In this document: one piece after another, positions 30,530 to 40,210 of the stretch | How positions within the stretch are numbered: the first letter of the stretch is position 1 | Layout: every line of letters begins with the position of its first letter | NCBI GenBank assembly: GCA_963826715.1 | Contig: CAWGYA010000008.1 | Span: forward strand, 992,001-1,056,000 | Direction: 5' to 3' | DNA length: 64,000 nucleotides | Source of the DNA: Candidatus Bathyarchaeota archaeon | GTDB lineage: Archaea > Thermoproteota > Bathyarchaeia > Bathyarchaeales > Bathycorpusculaceae | Program-made: the position numbers and the translations under genes | Notes under the pieces: model-generated | What the model saw: only the letters and a program-made list of their open reading frames with translations | Databases searched by the model: none | What the model was told of the DNA's origin: nothing

Positions 30530-30619
30530 TGGACTATGAAGATATCGAGGTACGGCGAAGCCCAACGGTGGGGAATTAAACGCCGTGGCTGATGAGAGCT
30601 TTTTCCGCTACTGAGTCCA
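30530..30619 (+). ncRNA. Box C/D methylation-guide sRNA
   Basis: Terminal stem TGGAC/GTCCA, C box ATGAAGA 30536, D' GCGA 30555, C' TGATGA 30590, D CTGA 30611. Confidence 0.7.
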
Positions 30620-30728
30620 CTTAAACTAATATCCTCACTATATTGTGAGTGTATCGAGGTACGGCGAAGCCCAACGGTGGGGAATTAAACGCCGTGGCTG
30701 ATGAGAGCTTTTTCCGCAATTGAGTCCA
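30543..30728 (+). repeat. 77-bp direct repeat (30543-30619 and 30652-30728; 2 mismatches)
   Basis: Direct comparison; the copies differ only in ccgcTAC versus ccgcAAT. Confidence 0.95.
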
Positions 30729-31197
30729 ACTTTCTGTGGAAGGAATGTTTTAAGCTAAAAAATCCGCTGGAATATGGAAAAACCGAGTAGATGGCTATAG
30801 TCTTTGTATTTTTTATGGATTTAAATTCTTAAAAATGAGCAGTGATAAAATAATGGAAGTAGGAAATTCTATTTTTTGTAGCAAATTGTCAAATGTTATT
30901 GGTTGTTTTACAATCAAAAGTCCATTTATGGAGGGAAAATAGTTTTTAGCATGCTGGAATACAGCATTCCACAAGATATACTCCTACACTTGGCGGATTT
31001 GCCGGTAAATTTGGACGGGGATCTTATAAATTCCTGAGGCTGATTTATCCTTTTGATTGAAGCTTTTGCTTTAAAAGGGGGATCGGTCAAGTCTACTTTG
31101 GTGACTACGTTTAGAATTATTTACCCATTTTATATCAAATTTATAAGGCTCTCGATGCAATGCTATGCGCGTGAATATATTGAGTTACAAGGAGCAC

Positions 31198-31539
31198 ATG
31201 CATCCGAAAGTCAGTAAAGGAGAACTTCAACTTTTTCAGGCCCTAAGCAGCGCCGGTCTAACAGGGGGTATGGTTACTCAAAAACCCATTATCCTTAAAT
31301 CAACTATTCCTGATTTCTGCTGGATAGAAAAGCGCAAAATTGTCTACCTTGACGGCAATCCAGTCCATAAAAGCGATAAACAACTCGAAAGAGACGAGGA
31401 AATAACCGAACTTCTAGAGCGCCAGGGGTGGGATGTACTTCGCGTATCATACGATCCTCCGTTAACCGATAAGGCTCTAGCGAAGATATTGGAAACCATT
31501 AAGCTTTTCCTAAATGTAGATGAAGAAGACATCACTTAA
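31198..31539 (+). CDS. DUF559/Vsr-like endonuclease-fold protein
   Basis: PDFCW...IVYLDG..VH...RD....L...GWDVLRV; ATG at 31198 after AAGGAG. Confidence 0.8.
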   Translation: MHPKVSKGELQLFQALSSAGLTGGMVTQKPIILKSTIPDFCWIEKRKIVYLDGNPVHKSDKQLERDEEITELLERQGWDVLRVSYDPPLTDKALAKILETIKLFLNVDEEDIT

Positions 31540-31794
31540 GTCTGAATTTAAAACCTTTGACTTCCGCCCACCTCCACTTAATTGGGTTTTTTAGACAACC
31601 TTGTGGGTCATAAATAAAAGAACGGTAGTATTTTTTTGGTTGTCTTGGACCTGCAGGATTAACGCAGCTATGTGAGCGTTCGAAAAGCACTCTGTAGCGA
31701 ATTAAAGAAAGTTTACATAGTAAATTTCAAAGTCGCCCTTAATATTGACAAAGAAAAAACTTTAGATGCAATGAGCTCAATTATGTATAACTAG

Positions 31795-32481
31795 GTGTTG
31801 ATTGCAATAGAGGATTTTCCGCCTGTAGCCTTCAAGCTTGGGAACGGTCAGACAAAAAGCGACCGTGAATGGCTAAAAAAGAAAAAAGAGTATTTCGAAA
31901 AAATTTGGAGCAAAAGTGGCACGAGAATACTTGGTAAAATTGAGGACACTTGTGGAGAGGCATTTACAAACACTGCCAAACAGAGCGGAATCATTGTTTT
32001 ACTCCATAAGAAGACACTTAAAAGTCGAAGTGGCACACTCAAAGAGGCTAATCCGCTTGAAATAAGCTTGTTCCTGACCAAAAATGACACTTCAAGTTCT
32101 CTTAAAGAGCTTCTTGTCCGCATGCTTGTACACTCTTTTATTCAACAGCAATATGAGTTCCATTTTAGAATAAGAGAGCAGACACTCTTTGAAGACATAC
32201 TTGCTGATGAATTCATAACTTTTATGGTTGGTTTAATGGTTTTGGGTAGAAAGCCAACACGTCTTAATTGTGCAGAAGCCCTAGATCAAGCAATTTCGGA
32301 GACGGTTTACAGACTATCACAGAAGGCACCTCGAAACAGACTGATAGATACAATGTACAAATCTTTCCAGGATTATCCAAATAAAATAAGAAAACGCAAC
32401 GCTGATATTTTAGTAAACCGCGAAGAGATTATCGAAGAATTGTTACGATTTTTGCCGAAAACAGAAGAAGATTTAACTTAA
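31795..32481 (+). CDS. Hypothetical protein (228 aa)
   Basis: Long ORF with normal composition; no motif recognised. Confidence 0.7.
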   Translation: MLIAIEDFPPVAFKLGNGQTKSDREWLKKKKEYFEKIWSKSGTRILGKIEDTCGEAFTNTAKQSGIIVLLHKKTLKSRSGTLKEANPLEISLFLTKNDTSSSLKELLVRMLVHSFIQQQYEFHFRIREQTLFEDILADEFITFMVGLMVLGRKPTRLNCAEALDQAISETVYRLSQKAPRNRLIDTMYKSFQDYPNKIRKRNADILVNREEIIEELLRFLPKTEEDLT

Positions 32482-32730
32482 AATGATGATTGTACCCTTC
32501 GGACTGATCAATTGAGTTTGGGGATCAGCTATTTCGTTGAGGTCCAGTTTTAAGGTTTTGGTTTTAAAGAATTTGGTTTCTTGCAAATTGTTTTGGCTTT
32601 AATGATAGATGAACTGTTGTCTCCTGAGAATGCAAGATTTCGGGTGAATCAAATCTTTATTTATTCTAATGGAATTCATCAATTGAGTATTCTAGTTAAA
32701 ATAAGGTTAAGAACAGTTTTGACCATTAAT

Positions 32731-32846
32731 TGGCGCCGGGAGGGGGATTTGAACCCCCGCGGCCCCGAAAGACCACAAGCTAACAGGTTACACCCCTGAA
32801 GAGTGAATCTCCAGGCTTGCTCCCTGCCTGGCTAGGAGACCCCGGC
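32731..32846 (-). tRNA. tRNA-Ser(GGA) with a 27-nt canonical 37/38 intron (32782-32808)
   Basis: GCCGGGG/TCCCGGC acceptor stem, CAAGC-CT GGA G^intron^A-GCTTG, long variable arm, TTCAAAT loop, CCA; relaxed bulge-helix-bulge. Confidence 0.93.
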
Positions 32847-33435
32847 ATCAAAGATTTGCAAGCTTTGTTTTGCACCACTTCTCTAACTTACGCGGAATTT
32901 AAAGTTTTATTTTGAAAGTCCTGACCAGTCTACTAAAATATTCAATTAACACAGATGAGTCGGAGTTTTTGTGAATTGGAAGTTGACCGTTGCCCTGGTG
33001 AACAGTATTTTCTGAGGACTTACTTTAGGATTTTTCTTTAAAGAATTAACCTTAGCACTTTTTTTATTAAAATCCATATTTTCCTGAATAACCAACTCTC
33101 AACTTGGTATGCGCGAGGATTGATTTTTGCGATTGCAATGCTTCAAAGATGTCCGTCAAATGTCGCTTTCCAAAATATAGTTGCAGACACATTAAATTTG
33201 TTTTAGCGTTTGATCAAACAGAAGTAACAAGGGGTCGTCCAAAAATTGCATGAGCTACATTACTCACAAATAGAAAAGTATATCGAGAAACTAATGAAGT
33301 AGGGCCATAGACTTGACATAGATGAAACTTGCATATGTTAACGGAAAATACTTTGAAAATCTGAGTTGGTAGGGCAAAGATAAACCTTTTTTTAAAGTAG
33401 CTCTACATTATTTTCATAATGACGAAGGTTATAGC

Positions 33436-34218
33436 ATGAAGCTAAGTTTATCTAATGGCATTTTTAGCAAGCTACCAATAAACGAAAACTTCGGCGCTGT
33501 TAAACAATTGGGTTTTCATGATATAGAATTCAACATGAAATCCATCAAAAAAGAGCATGATACAGATGTTTATCGCGAACAGAAGGCTCTTGTAGCTTCA
33601 GGCTTAACTTGCTTAACCCTTCATTCAGCTGTGTTACATGTCAAAGATCCCATAGAGGTACATCAGGCAGTGTACTACGGCAAAATATCTCTTGAATGTG
33701 CTCACGCCCTTAAATCGCCTCTGATGACAGTGCATTCGAACGTTTCAAAGAAGTTACCTCAAAAAGTTCGGGAGGCGTGTCTAGAGTCGGTTTTTGGGGA
33801 AATTAAGCCTTTTGCGAAAAAGTTGGGTGTAAAATTATCGTTAGAGAATCTCTCGTTCAATTCGACAGGGTTTGGCAAGAATGCTGAGCAGTTAGATGAG
33901 GTTCTAAAGGTCATTGATTCTAAGGGCGAAATGGGAATTACCTTTGATTTATGCCATGCCTTGGAAACCAAAGTGGTGGATGAGCTCTTGGAGGATTATG
34001 GTAGGCGTGTTTGTAATGTGCATATGGCAAATATGTTCCATCGACCTTTCATGAATGAGACGCCTGAGTTGGTTGATTTTCTCTCGCAGTTACAAGGTTA
34101 CAATTATGACGGACCCATTACGTTAGAGTTGGACCGTAGTACATCAATGGCGGAAATTGTTAAAACCAAAACTTTCTTTGAAGGCCTTTTAAAAAAATTC
34201 CAAGAAAATGATTTTTAG
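33436..34218 (+). CDS. Sugar-phosphate isomerase/epimerase-type TIM barrel protein
   Basis: GF..IE, TVH, LSLEN, ITFDLCH, NVH and ITLE metal-binding pattern. Confidence 0.85.
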   Translation: MKLSLSNGIFSKLPINENFGAVKQLGFHDIEFNMKSIKKEHDTDVYREQKALVASGLTCLTLHSAVLHVKDPIEVHQAVYYGKISLECAHALKSPLMTVHSNVSKKLPQKVREACLESVFGEIKPFAKKLGVKLSLENLSFNSTGFGKNAEQLDEVLKVIDSKGEMGITFDLCHALETKVVDELLEDYGRRVCNVHMANMFHRPFMNETPELVDFLSQLQGYNYDGPITLELDRSTSMAEIVKTKTFFEGLLKKFQENDF

Positions 34219-34292
34219 TTCGAGAGAAATTTTACAAAAAAGTCGGCATTTTTTTAAGGCGCTCCCTAAAATATCAATATACAATTTGCCGA

Positions 34293-36638
34293 GTGGAGTA
34301 TCGAGTGATGTTGCCTAACGATTATGTTATGGATCCTTCTGATTCCCAAATGGGCAGTGCAGATGCAGAAAAATCTGGCAGACAAAACGTAGTTGTTATT
34401 AGAAATGTTGTTTTGGTAATTGCTACCTTTGTTAGCTTGATAGGGCTGTATTATTTATCCAGATACAGTTTTCTGCTTTTCCACAATATAGTTGAAGTCT
34501 TCAGCATAGTTATAGCCTTGGCTATTTTTGTTATTGCGTGGAACACGAGAAAAATAAATGATAACAACTTTTTCCTTTTTATTGGAATAGCGTTTGTTTT
34601 CGTTGCTATCTTGGACCTTTTTCATACTCTCGCCTACAAAGGTATGGGTGTGTTTCCTGGCTATGTTGAATCCAATTTAGCGACCCAACTTTGGATTGCT
34701 ACGAGATATGTGCTAAGTTTCACGTTCCTGCTACCTCTTATCTTTATCAACCGCAAAATTAGGCCCACTTTAATCTTTGCAGGTTACGTTATGGCGACAG
34801 GACTGCTGCTCTTCTCAATTTTCTTCTGGCAGATTTTTCCCATATCTTATGATGTTAATGCTCAGAGCCTAACGACTTTTAAGGTCGCTAGCGAGTATGC
34901 TATTTCTTTCATAATTCTCGTAGCAATTGTTCGGTTGGTCACAAAACGGAACGACTTTAGTAGAAATATCTTCAAACTCTTGTTTGCTGCCATGGTTCTG
35001 GCAGTTGCAACAGAGATGTCCTTCACTCTTTACACTGACGTTTACGGCATCGTAAATATATTTGGACACATACTAAATGTGCTCTCATTTTATCTAATCT
35101 ACAGAGCGTTAGTTCAGACCAATCTCAACCAGCCATATGAAACATTGTTCCGCAACCTAAAGCGGAGCGAAATCAATTTATCAAAACAAGCTGAAGAATT
35201 AACGAAGGTTAACCAGAGACTCAAAGAAGAAGTCTCCCAACGCGAAGGCACTGAGGCGGTGCTACGGGAAAGTGAAAAGCGTCTGCAGCTAAAGCTTGAT
35301 TCGGTACTCTTGCCTGATGTGGAGTTGGCTGAGCAGGATCTCAAAAACATTATCGATACAACCTCTTTGCAGGCAATGATGGACAAGCTCTATCTGGTCA
35401 CCAAAAAGGGTTTTGCCCTAACAGACCTCAAAGGTAACGTTTTGGTGGCTACAGGTTGGCAGGACATCTGCACAAAATTCCATCGGGTAAATCCAGAAAC
35501 TTGCAGGAATTGCGTAGAAAGTGATTTGGAACTTTCAAACAGCCTCAGTCAGGGGGAAATACGCCTATACAAATGTAAAAATAACATGTGGGATATAGTA
35601 ACTCCTCTTTTCCTCGGCAAAAAACACGTTGGAAACGTTTTCTTTGGTCAATTTTTCTTCGATGATGAAGAACCCGATAGGGTATTGTTTGCAACTCAAG
35701 CAGAAAAATATGGTTTTGACAAAAAAGCATACCTTGAAGCGTTTGACCGCGTTCCAAGATGCAGCAGAAATGATATGAAAAGTTTGATGATATTCTATTC
35801 TCAGCTTTCTGAAATAATCTCGAAATTAAGTCATGGCAATCTCACACTCGCCAAATCTCTATGCGCCCAAAAAGAACTCCAGACTAAACTTGAAGAAAAA
35901 GCAGGTGAAATTGAAGAATACGCTTCTCGAATGGAAGAGTTAGCTGAAGACCGAGCTAAACAACTCAAAGACACCGAACGGTTATCCGCGATTGGCGCCA
36001 CAGCTGGGATGGTGGGACATGATATCCGGAATCCCCTTCAGGCAATAACCAGCGAATTGTATCTTGAAAGGCTGGAAATAGACGACTTGCCAGGGGGTGA
36101 AGCCAAAGATAGTCTGCTAGGAAGCATACGCAGCATAGAAGAGAACTTATTCTACATAAATAAGATAGTCGCGGACCTGCAAGATTTCGCTAAACCCTTA
36201 AACCCCAAAAAAGAAGAGGTGAATATAAAAAAGATTATTGAAGATGCCCTTGCAATGATACAACTTCCGTCAACCATAAAATTGAAAGTATCTACAAAAG
36301 AAGACCTGCCGCCTTTAATTGCTGACTCTACTATGATAAAACGTGTTTTAATCAATTTAGTACAGAACGCGGTTCAAGCAATGCCTAACGGGGGAGATTT
36401 AAAAATCAATGCTGCCAATATAGGGCATAAAATAGAAATCTCAGTAGAGGACACTGGTGAGGGCATTTCTAAAGAGGTTCAGGCGAAACTATTCACGCCT
36501 TTAATGACAACTAAAGCGAAGGGTCAAGGTTTCGGTTTAGCGGTTGTTAAACGTATGACGGAAGCGATGGATGGAAACATCGTGTTTGAAACTCAGATAG
36601 GCAAAGGAACAATATTCACATTATTCTTTTCAGAGTGA
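34293..36638 (+). CDS. Sensor histidine kinase with MASE3 and PocR-like input domains
   Basis: FH..VE.FSI and LFHTLAYKGMG (MASE3); GWQDICTKFHR..C..SD...YKC..GQFF (PocR); HDIRNPL, NLVQNA, DTGEG and G.GFGL boxes. Exact start uncertain. Confidence 0.92.
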   Translation: MEYRVMLPNDYVMDPSDSQMGSADAEKSGRQNVVVIRNVVLVIATFVSLIGLYYLSRYSFLLFHNIVEVFSIVIALAIFVIAWNTRKINDNNFFLFIGIAFVFVAILDLFHTLAYKGMGVFPGYVESNLATQLWIATRYVLSFTFLLPLIFINRKIRPTLIFAGYVMATGLLLFSIFFWQIFPISYDVNAQSLTTFKVASEYAISFIILVAIVRLVTKRNDFSRNIFKLLFAAMVLAVATEMSFTLYTDVYGIVNIFGHILNVLSFYLIYRALVQTNLNQPYETLFRNLKRSEINLSKQAEELTKVNQRLKEEVSQREGTEAVLRESEKRLQLKLDSVLLPDVELAEQDLKNIIDTTSLQAMMDKLYLVTKKGFALTDLKGNVLVATGWQDICTKFHRVNPETCRNCVESDLELSNSLSQGEIRLYKCKNNMWDIVTPLFLGKKHVGNVFFGQFFFDDEEPDRVLFATQAEKYGFDKKAYLEAFDRVPRCSRNDMKSLMIFYSQLSEIISKLSHGNLTLAKSLCAQKELQTKLEEKAGEIEEYASRMEELAEDRAKQLKDTERLSAIGATAGMVGHDIRNPLQAITSELYLERLEIDDLPGGEAKDSLLGSIRSIEENLFYINKIVADLQDFAKPLNPKKEEVNIKKIIEDALAMIQLPSTIKLKVSTKEDLPPLIADSTMIKRVLINLVQNAVQAMPNGGDLKINAANIGHKIEISVEDTGEGISKEVQAKLFTPLMTTKAKGQGFGLAVVKRMTEAMDGNIVFETQIGKGTIFTLFFSE

Positions 36639-36642
36639 TCTG

Positions 36643-37491
36643 CTATTTTTTGAAGCATACTGAAGCGTAGCCCACAACGTCAGGGTCACCGGTGACTTCG
36701 CCACTGTTGTGGTAGCTAAGCAGTTGAGCTTTGGCGTTTATGCCAACGGCATAGGTGATTAAGCTGGTTATGGGTGCATAGCCACAGGCTGAAATGTTCT
36801 GTTTCTCGATTGTTTCATAGAATCCCTTAGCGTCTAAGGAGGTCACGTGTTTGAGCGCGGCATGGTCTTTGATTGAAGCTGACTCTGCGGATTCGTAGTG
36901 AGTCATGTCGGAGGAGGCGATTACGACTGAATTGGTGGATTCCAGTACCTCCGTTAGCGCTCGACCGATTTCAACAGCTGATTTGTAGTCCTGCATTAAA
37001 TAGGCGATGGGTACTATTTTGAAGTTGTTACCGTAAAGGAACTGTAGAAAAGGTAGCTGTACTTCAAGGGAATGCTCAAAGCGATGCGATAGATCATCTA
37101 CATCTAAAACTGTGGTTTCAGCTAAAATTTCATCCGCAAGTGCTAAATCAATTTCCACGTTGCCCAAAGGAGTCTGCCAGGTGCCTTCTCTCATGACAGA
37201 GAGCGCACTGCCATATCCAGTGTGGTTGGGTCCTAATAGAATAAATGTGTCTGGTTTGCCATCTTGGGCTAATTCAAAATAACCAGATGCTGCCACGGGA
37301 CCTGAATAGGGATAGCCTGCGTGGGGAGAAATTAAACCCACAATTTTGCGTGGGTGATTATGCAAGTTTACAGTGGGGAGTTTTTGTGGTCCAAGTTTGT
37401 GGAGGAAGCATGAGGTAAGTTGTGCTTTGAGTGCTTCGGCGTTGCCCTCATAAAATTGAGAAGCGCCAATTGGACGCCGAAGGGTGGGCAA
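36643..37491 (-). CDS. Memo-like protein (AmmeMemoRadiSam protein B)
   Basis: PHAGY.YSG, LGPNHTG, W.TPLG, EHSLEVQLPFLQ, IASSD.THY and VVGYAS; probable TTG start at 37491. Confidence 0.92.
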   Translation of the reverse strand: MPTLRRPIGASQFYEGNAEALKAQLTSCFLHKLGPQKLPTVNLHNHPRKIVGLISPHAGYPYSGPVAASGYFELAQDGKPDTFILLGPNHTGYGSALSVMREGTWQTPLGNVEIDLALADEILAETTVLDVDDLSHRFEHSLEVQLPFLQFLYGNNFKIVPIAYLMQDYKSAVEIGRALTEVLESTNSVVIASSDMTHYESAESASIKDHAALKHVTSLDAKGFYETIEKQNISACGYAPITSLITYAVGINAKAQLLSYHNSGEVTGDPDVVGYASVCFKK

Positions 37492-37495
37492 ATTT

Positions 37496-38332
37496 TTAGG
37501 TGTCCTCCTCATCATCTCGCGTGACTTTCGCTTCGAAGTCTTCGATGCTTACTGGCGGATCACGATCGGGTGCAAGTTCGCCTCTTTCGCGTAGTACTTG
37601 TCTTGCGAGAAGCCAGAAGATTACAGCTAGTGCGCGTCTGCCTTTGTTATTGGTTGGAATAACTATGTCTACTCCTGAGAATTCGTTGTCAGTGCTACAG
37701 AGTGCGACGATAGGAATGCCTACGTTGCTAGCTTCTTTTACTGCTTGGGCATCTGCACGTGGGTCTGAGACAACAATTACTTCTGGGTCAACTCGGTTGC
37801 TGTATTGTGGGTTAGAGAGCTGACCAGGTATGAATCTGCCGATGAGAGGTGTTGCACCTGTGAGTTTGCAGAACATTCGGACTGGTTCATGAGCGTAGAG
37901 CCTTGTGGCTGCAACTGCGACTTTGCTGGGTTCATAGCGTGAGAGAAACTTTGCGGTTGTGCGGATGCGGTCATCTGTTTTTTTGACGTCAAGTACGAAC
38001 AAGCCGTCTGGGCGGACACGATAGATGAAGGGTTCCATGTCAAGTGTCTTCATCCTTGTGCCGATGTGGATGCCTGCAGATAGAAGGGTATCTCTTGGTA
38101 GAAGGAGAGTTTCTTCAGATGCTGAAGATTCTTGAACTTCAGCTTCTTCTTCATTTTCTTCTATTGATTGTTGCGGTGCAACTTCGATGACTTCAGCTTC
38201 AGTTTCATTGGTAATTGGAGTACAGATTTCTTCTTCCTGTGGGGTGGACCCTACAGTTTCTTCTACTTGTTCCTCTGTCTCTTCTTCTTGGTTCTCTTCT
38301 GGTTGATTTTCTTTTACTTGGTCTTCAGACAT
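37496..38332 (-). CDS. rps2: 30S ribosomal protein uS2 with long acidic N-terminal extension
   Basis: AGIHIGT, GRFIPG..SN, DPRAD.QAVKEA and IPTNNKGRRAL. Confidence 0.96.
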   Translation of the reverse strand: MSEDQVKENQPEENQEEETEEQVEETVGSTPQEEEICTPITNETEAEVIEVAPQQSIEENEEEAEVQESSASEETLLLPRDTLLSAGIHIGTRMKTLDMEPFIYRVRPDGLFVLDVKKTDDRIRTTAKFLSRYEPSKVAVAATRLYAHEPVRMFCKLTGATPLIGRFIPGQLSNPQYSNRVDPEVIVVSDPRADAQAVKEASNVGIPIVALCSTDNEFSGVDIVIPTNNKGRRALAVIFWLLARQVLRERGELAPDRDPPVSIEDFEAKVTRDDEEDT

Positions 38333-38347
38333 TCTTCATCTTCTCAT

Positions 38348-39601
38348 TTAGCGTATATTTAAGTCAGCCATTTTGGCTCTATCACCGAGGAAATGCTCAA
38401 TGCGAATGAGCTCATTTAACTTGGCTATACGTGCACCTTCCACCACGCCTGTTTTAATGATAGGACATTTATAGGCAACGGCTAGATGTGCTATATGCCA
38501 GTCGCATGTATCACCGCTCCGGTGGGAAACGATGGCGCTATAACCGTTACGCTGGGCTGTCTCGATTGTTTCAGATGCGTCGGTTAAGGTTCCTATCTGG
38601 TTGACTTTGATGATGATAGCGTTTCCAGCGTTAATCCTTATTCCATTATTTAACCTTTCAGTATTAGTTGTGAATAAATCGTCTCCACAGATCAAGGAAT
38701 TTTTAGATTTATTAGTAAGTTCTGCGAAACTGTCGAAGTCATCTTCATGAAATGGATCTTCTACGTATGAAAGGTGATACTTTTCGATAAGTTCACGCAT
38801 ATATTCAAGTTGCTCGGCAGTGTCCCGTTTTTTACCCTCGGTTTCATAGATATATTTTTCTTCTTTAGCTTTCCAAAAGCTTGAGGCTGCAACATCTATA
38901 CCAAAGCCGCATTCAAAGTCAAGTTCATTGCCCACTTCTTCACATGCACGAGAGATAACTTCAAAGGCGTCATCGGTTTCAATGTTAGCAATCCATGCAC
39001 CTTCGTCACTTTTGCCACCATTAAAAGTGGTGCTTTTCTTTTTCAATAAATCGCCAATTTTTTTATGGATTTGTGTGTTGGCGGTTTGGGCTTCCAGGAA
39101 ACTTTCAGCACCATGTGGAAGCGCAAGATATTCTTGAATGGCTGGGGCTTTACCGCGGGCGTGAGCACCGCCACTTATGCAGTTCCCCAATGGGTAGGGC
39201 ATAGTGGTTGCGGCGTTTCCACCAATGAATTGAAACAAAAGTAGCCCATGGCTGTTTGCGGCTGCCTCTGCATTTGCAAGGCTGATTGCGAATGCAGTGT
39301 TACCGCCGATGTTTTTGAAATCTGATGTACCATCTATCTCATGTAGCGTGTTATCGATTTCCTCTTGAAAGTCAGAGTTTAGTCCTGCGAGTTCTGGGGC
39401 AATAAGATCGTCAACTTTTTTGATAGCGGCTTCCACACCGCCTGAAGGGTAGTAGATGACTTCAGCCTTACCGCGGCTTTTGCCTGCTGGTGCACCTGAA
39501 CGCCCAAATCCGCCGGCTGTGATAACATCAACTTCTATGGTTTCTTCTCCACGATTATTGAAAATTTTTCTAGCGATGAGGTCCTCAATGATAGATGACA
39601 C
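38348..39601 (-). CDS. eno: Enolase
   Basis: NRG..TIEVDV, SDEG, GIDVAAS, EDPFHEDD, GDDLFTTN, KVNQIGTL and VSHRSG. Confidence 0.95.
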   Translation of the reverse strand: MSSIIEDLIARKIFNNRGEETIEVDVITAGGFGRSGAPAGKSRGKAEVIYYPSGGVEAAIKKVDDLIAPELAGLNSDFQEEIDNTLHEIDGTSDFKNIGGNTAFAISLANAEAAANSHGLLLFQFIGGNAATTMPYPLGNCISGGAHARGKAPAIQEYLALPHGAESFLEAQTANTQIHKKIGDLLKKKSTTFNGGKSDEGAWIANIETDDAFEVISRACEEVGNELDFECGFGIDVAASSFWKAKEEKYIYETEGKKRDTAEQLEYMRELIEKYHLSYVEDPFHEDDFDSFAELTNKSKNSLICGDDLFTTNTERLNNGIRINAGNAIIIKVNQIGTLTDASETIETAQRNGYSAIVSHRSGDTCDWHIAHLAVAYKCPIIKTGVVEGARIAKLNELIRIEHFLGDRAKMADLNIR

Positions 39602-39979
39602 GCAACATTAACCTCAAGAGGCTATAGTTTTGTTACCAGCTTATTTTATGTTTCGGAAGACTTTTTCAATGCATCTGACATCTGCTGCATAAAATCTTCT
39701 TTGCAAATTCTAAATGATTGTAAATGTTTGCAGCTACTTCTTCTATTTGTTCACTCATTGCATTCTAAAGTAATAATGTTATGATTCTTTTTTTGAAGAT
39801 GTTACTGAATTTTAAAATCAAAATACGTTACTTAAAATATCATATACTTTACTTGTGGACTTTCTCATTGTGTTGATACAAGTTTTACCTAGTTAGAATA
39901 ATCTTAAATGCCGGTTTTAAGTCTGAATTTGACAAGGTTTTTATGGATGCAACGGAAATACTGTTTGCACTAGTAATGT

Positions 39980-40057
39980 GGGGCCTTCGGCTAGCTTGGT
40001 CCAGGCTTGTAGACTTGGGCTCTATAGACTCCGGTTCAAATCCGGGAGGCCCCACCA
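39980..40057 (+). tRNA. tRNA-Pro(TGG)
   Basis: GGGGCCT/AGGCCCC acceptor stem, GTAGA-CT TGG GC-TCTAT, TTCAAAT loop, CCA. Confidence 0.93.
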
Positions 40058-40210
40058 TTCACAATATTGGTTAATTGCTTTTTTAGGTTTAGTGCCGAAA
40101 ACCGCCTATTCATTCAGCTCGTAAGTTGCTGCTTTTTTAGTTTTGGTACTTTTATTGTTGTTTATTTGAAGTGGCTAACCCTGCAGTGGCTTCAGCTCAT
40201 TACGTCTTAA

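Noticed and set aside
30362-30592. 76-aa ORF
   Set aside because: TTG start without SD, no motif, and it runs through the sRNA; likely spurious.
30543-30728. CRISPR array, hammerhead ribozyme or fluoride riboswitch reading of the 77-bp repeat
   Set aside because: Only two long copies and no cas genes. CTGATGA is not followed by a stem and GAAA as in hammerheads. The 5' GATG pseudoknot element of fluoride riboswitches is missing. Box C/D architecture explains it better.
28300-32731. Intact integrative element at tRNA-Ser
   Set aside because: No integrase and no duplicated tRNA 3' end seen.
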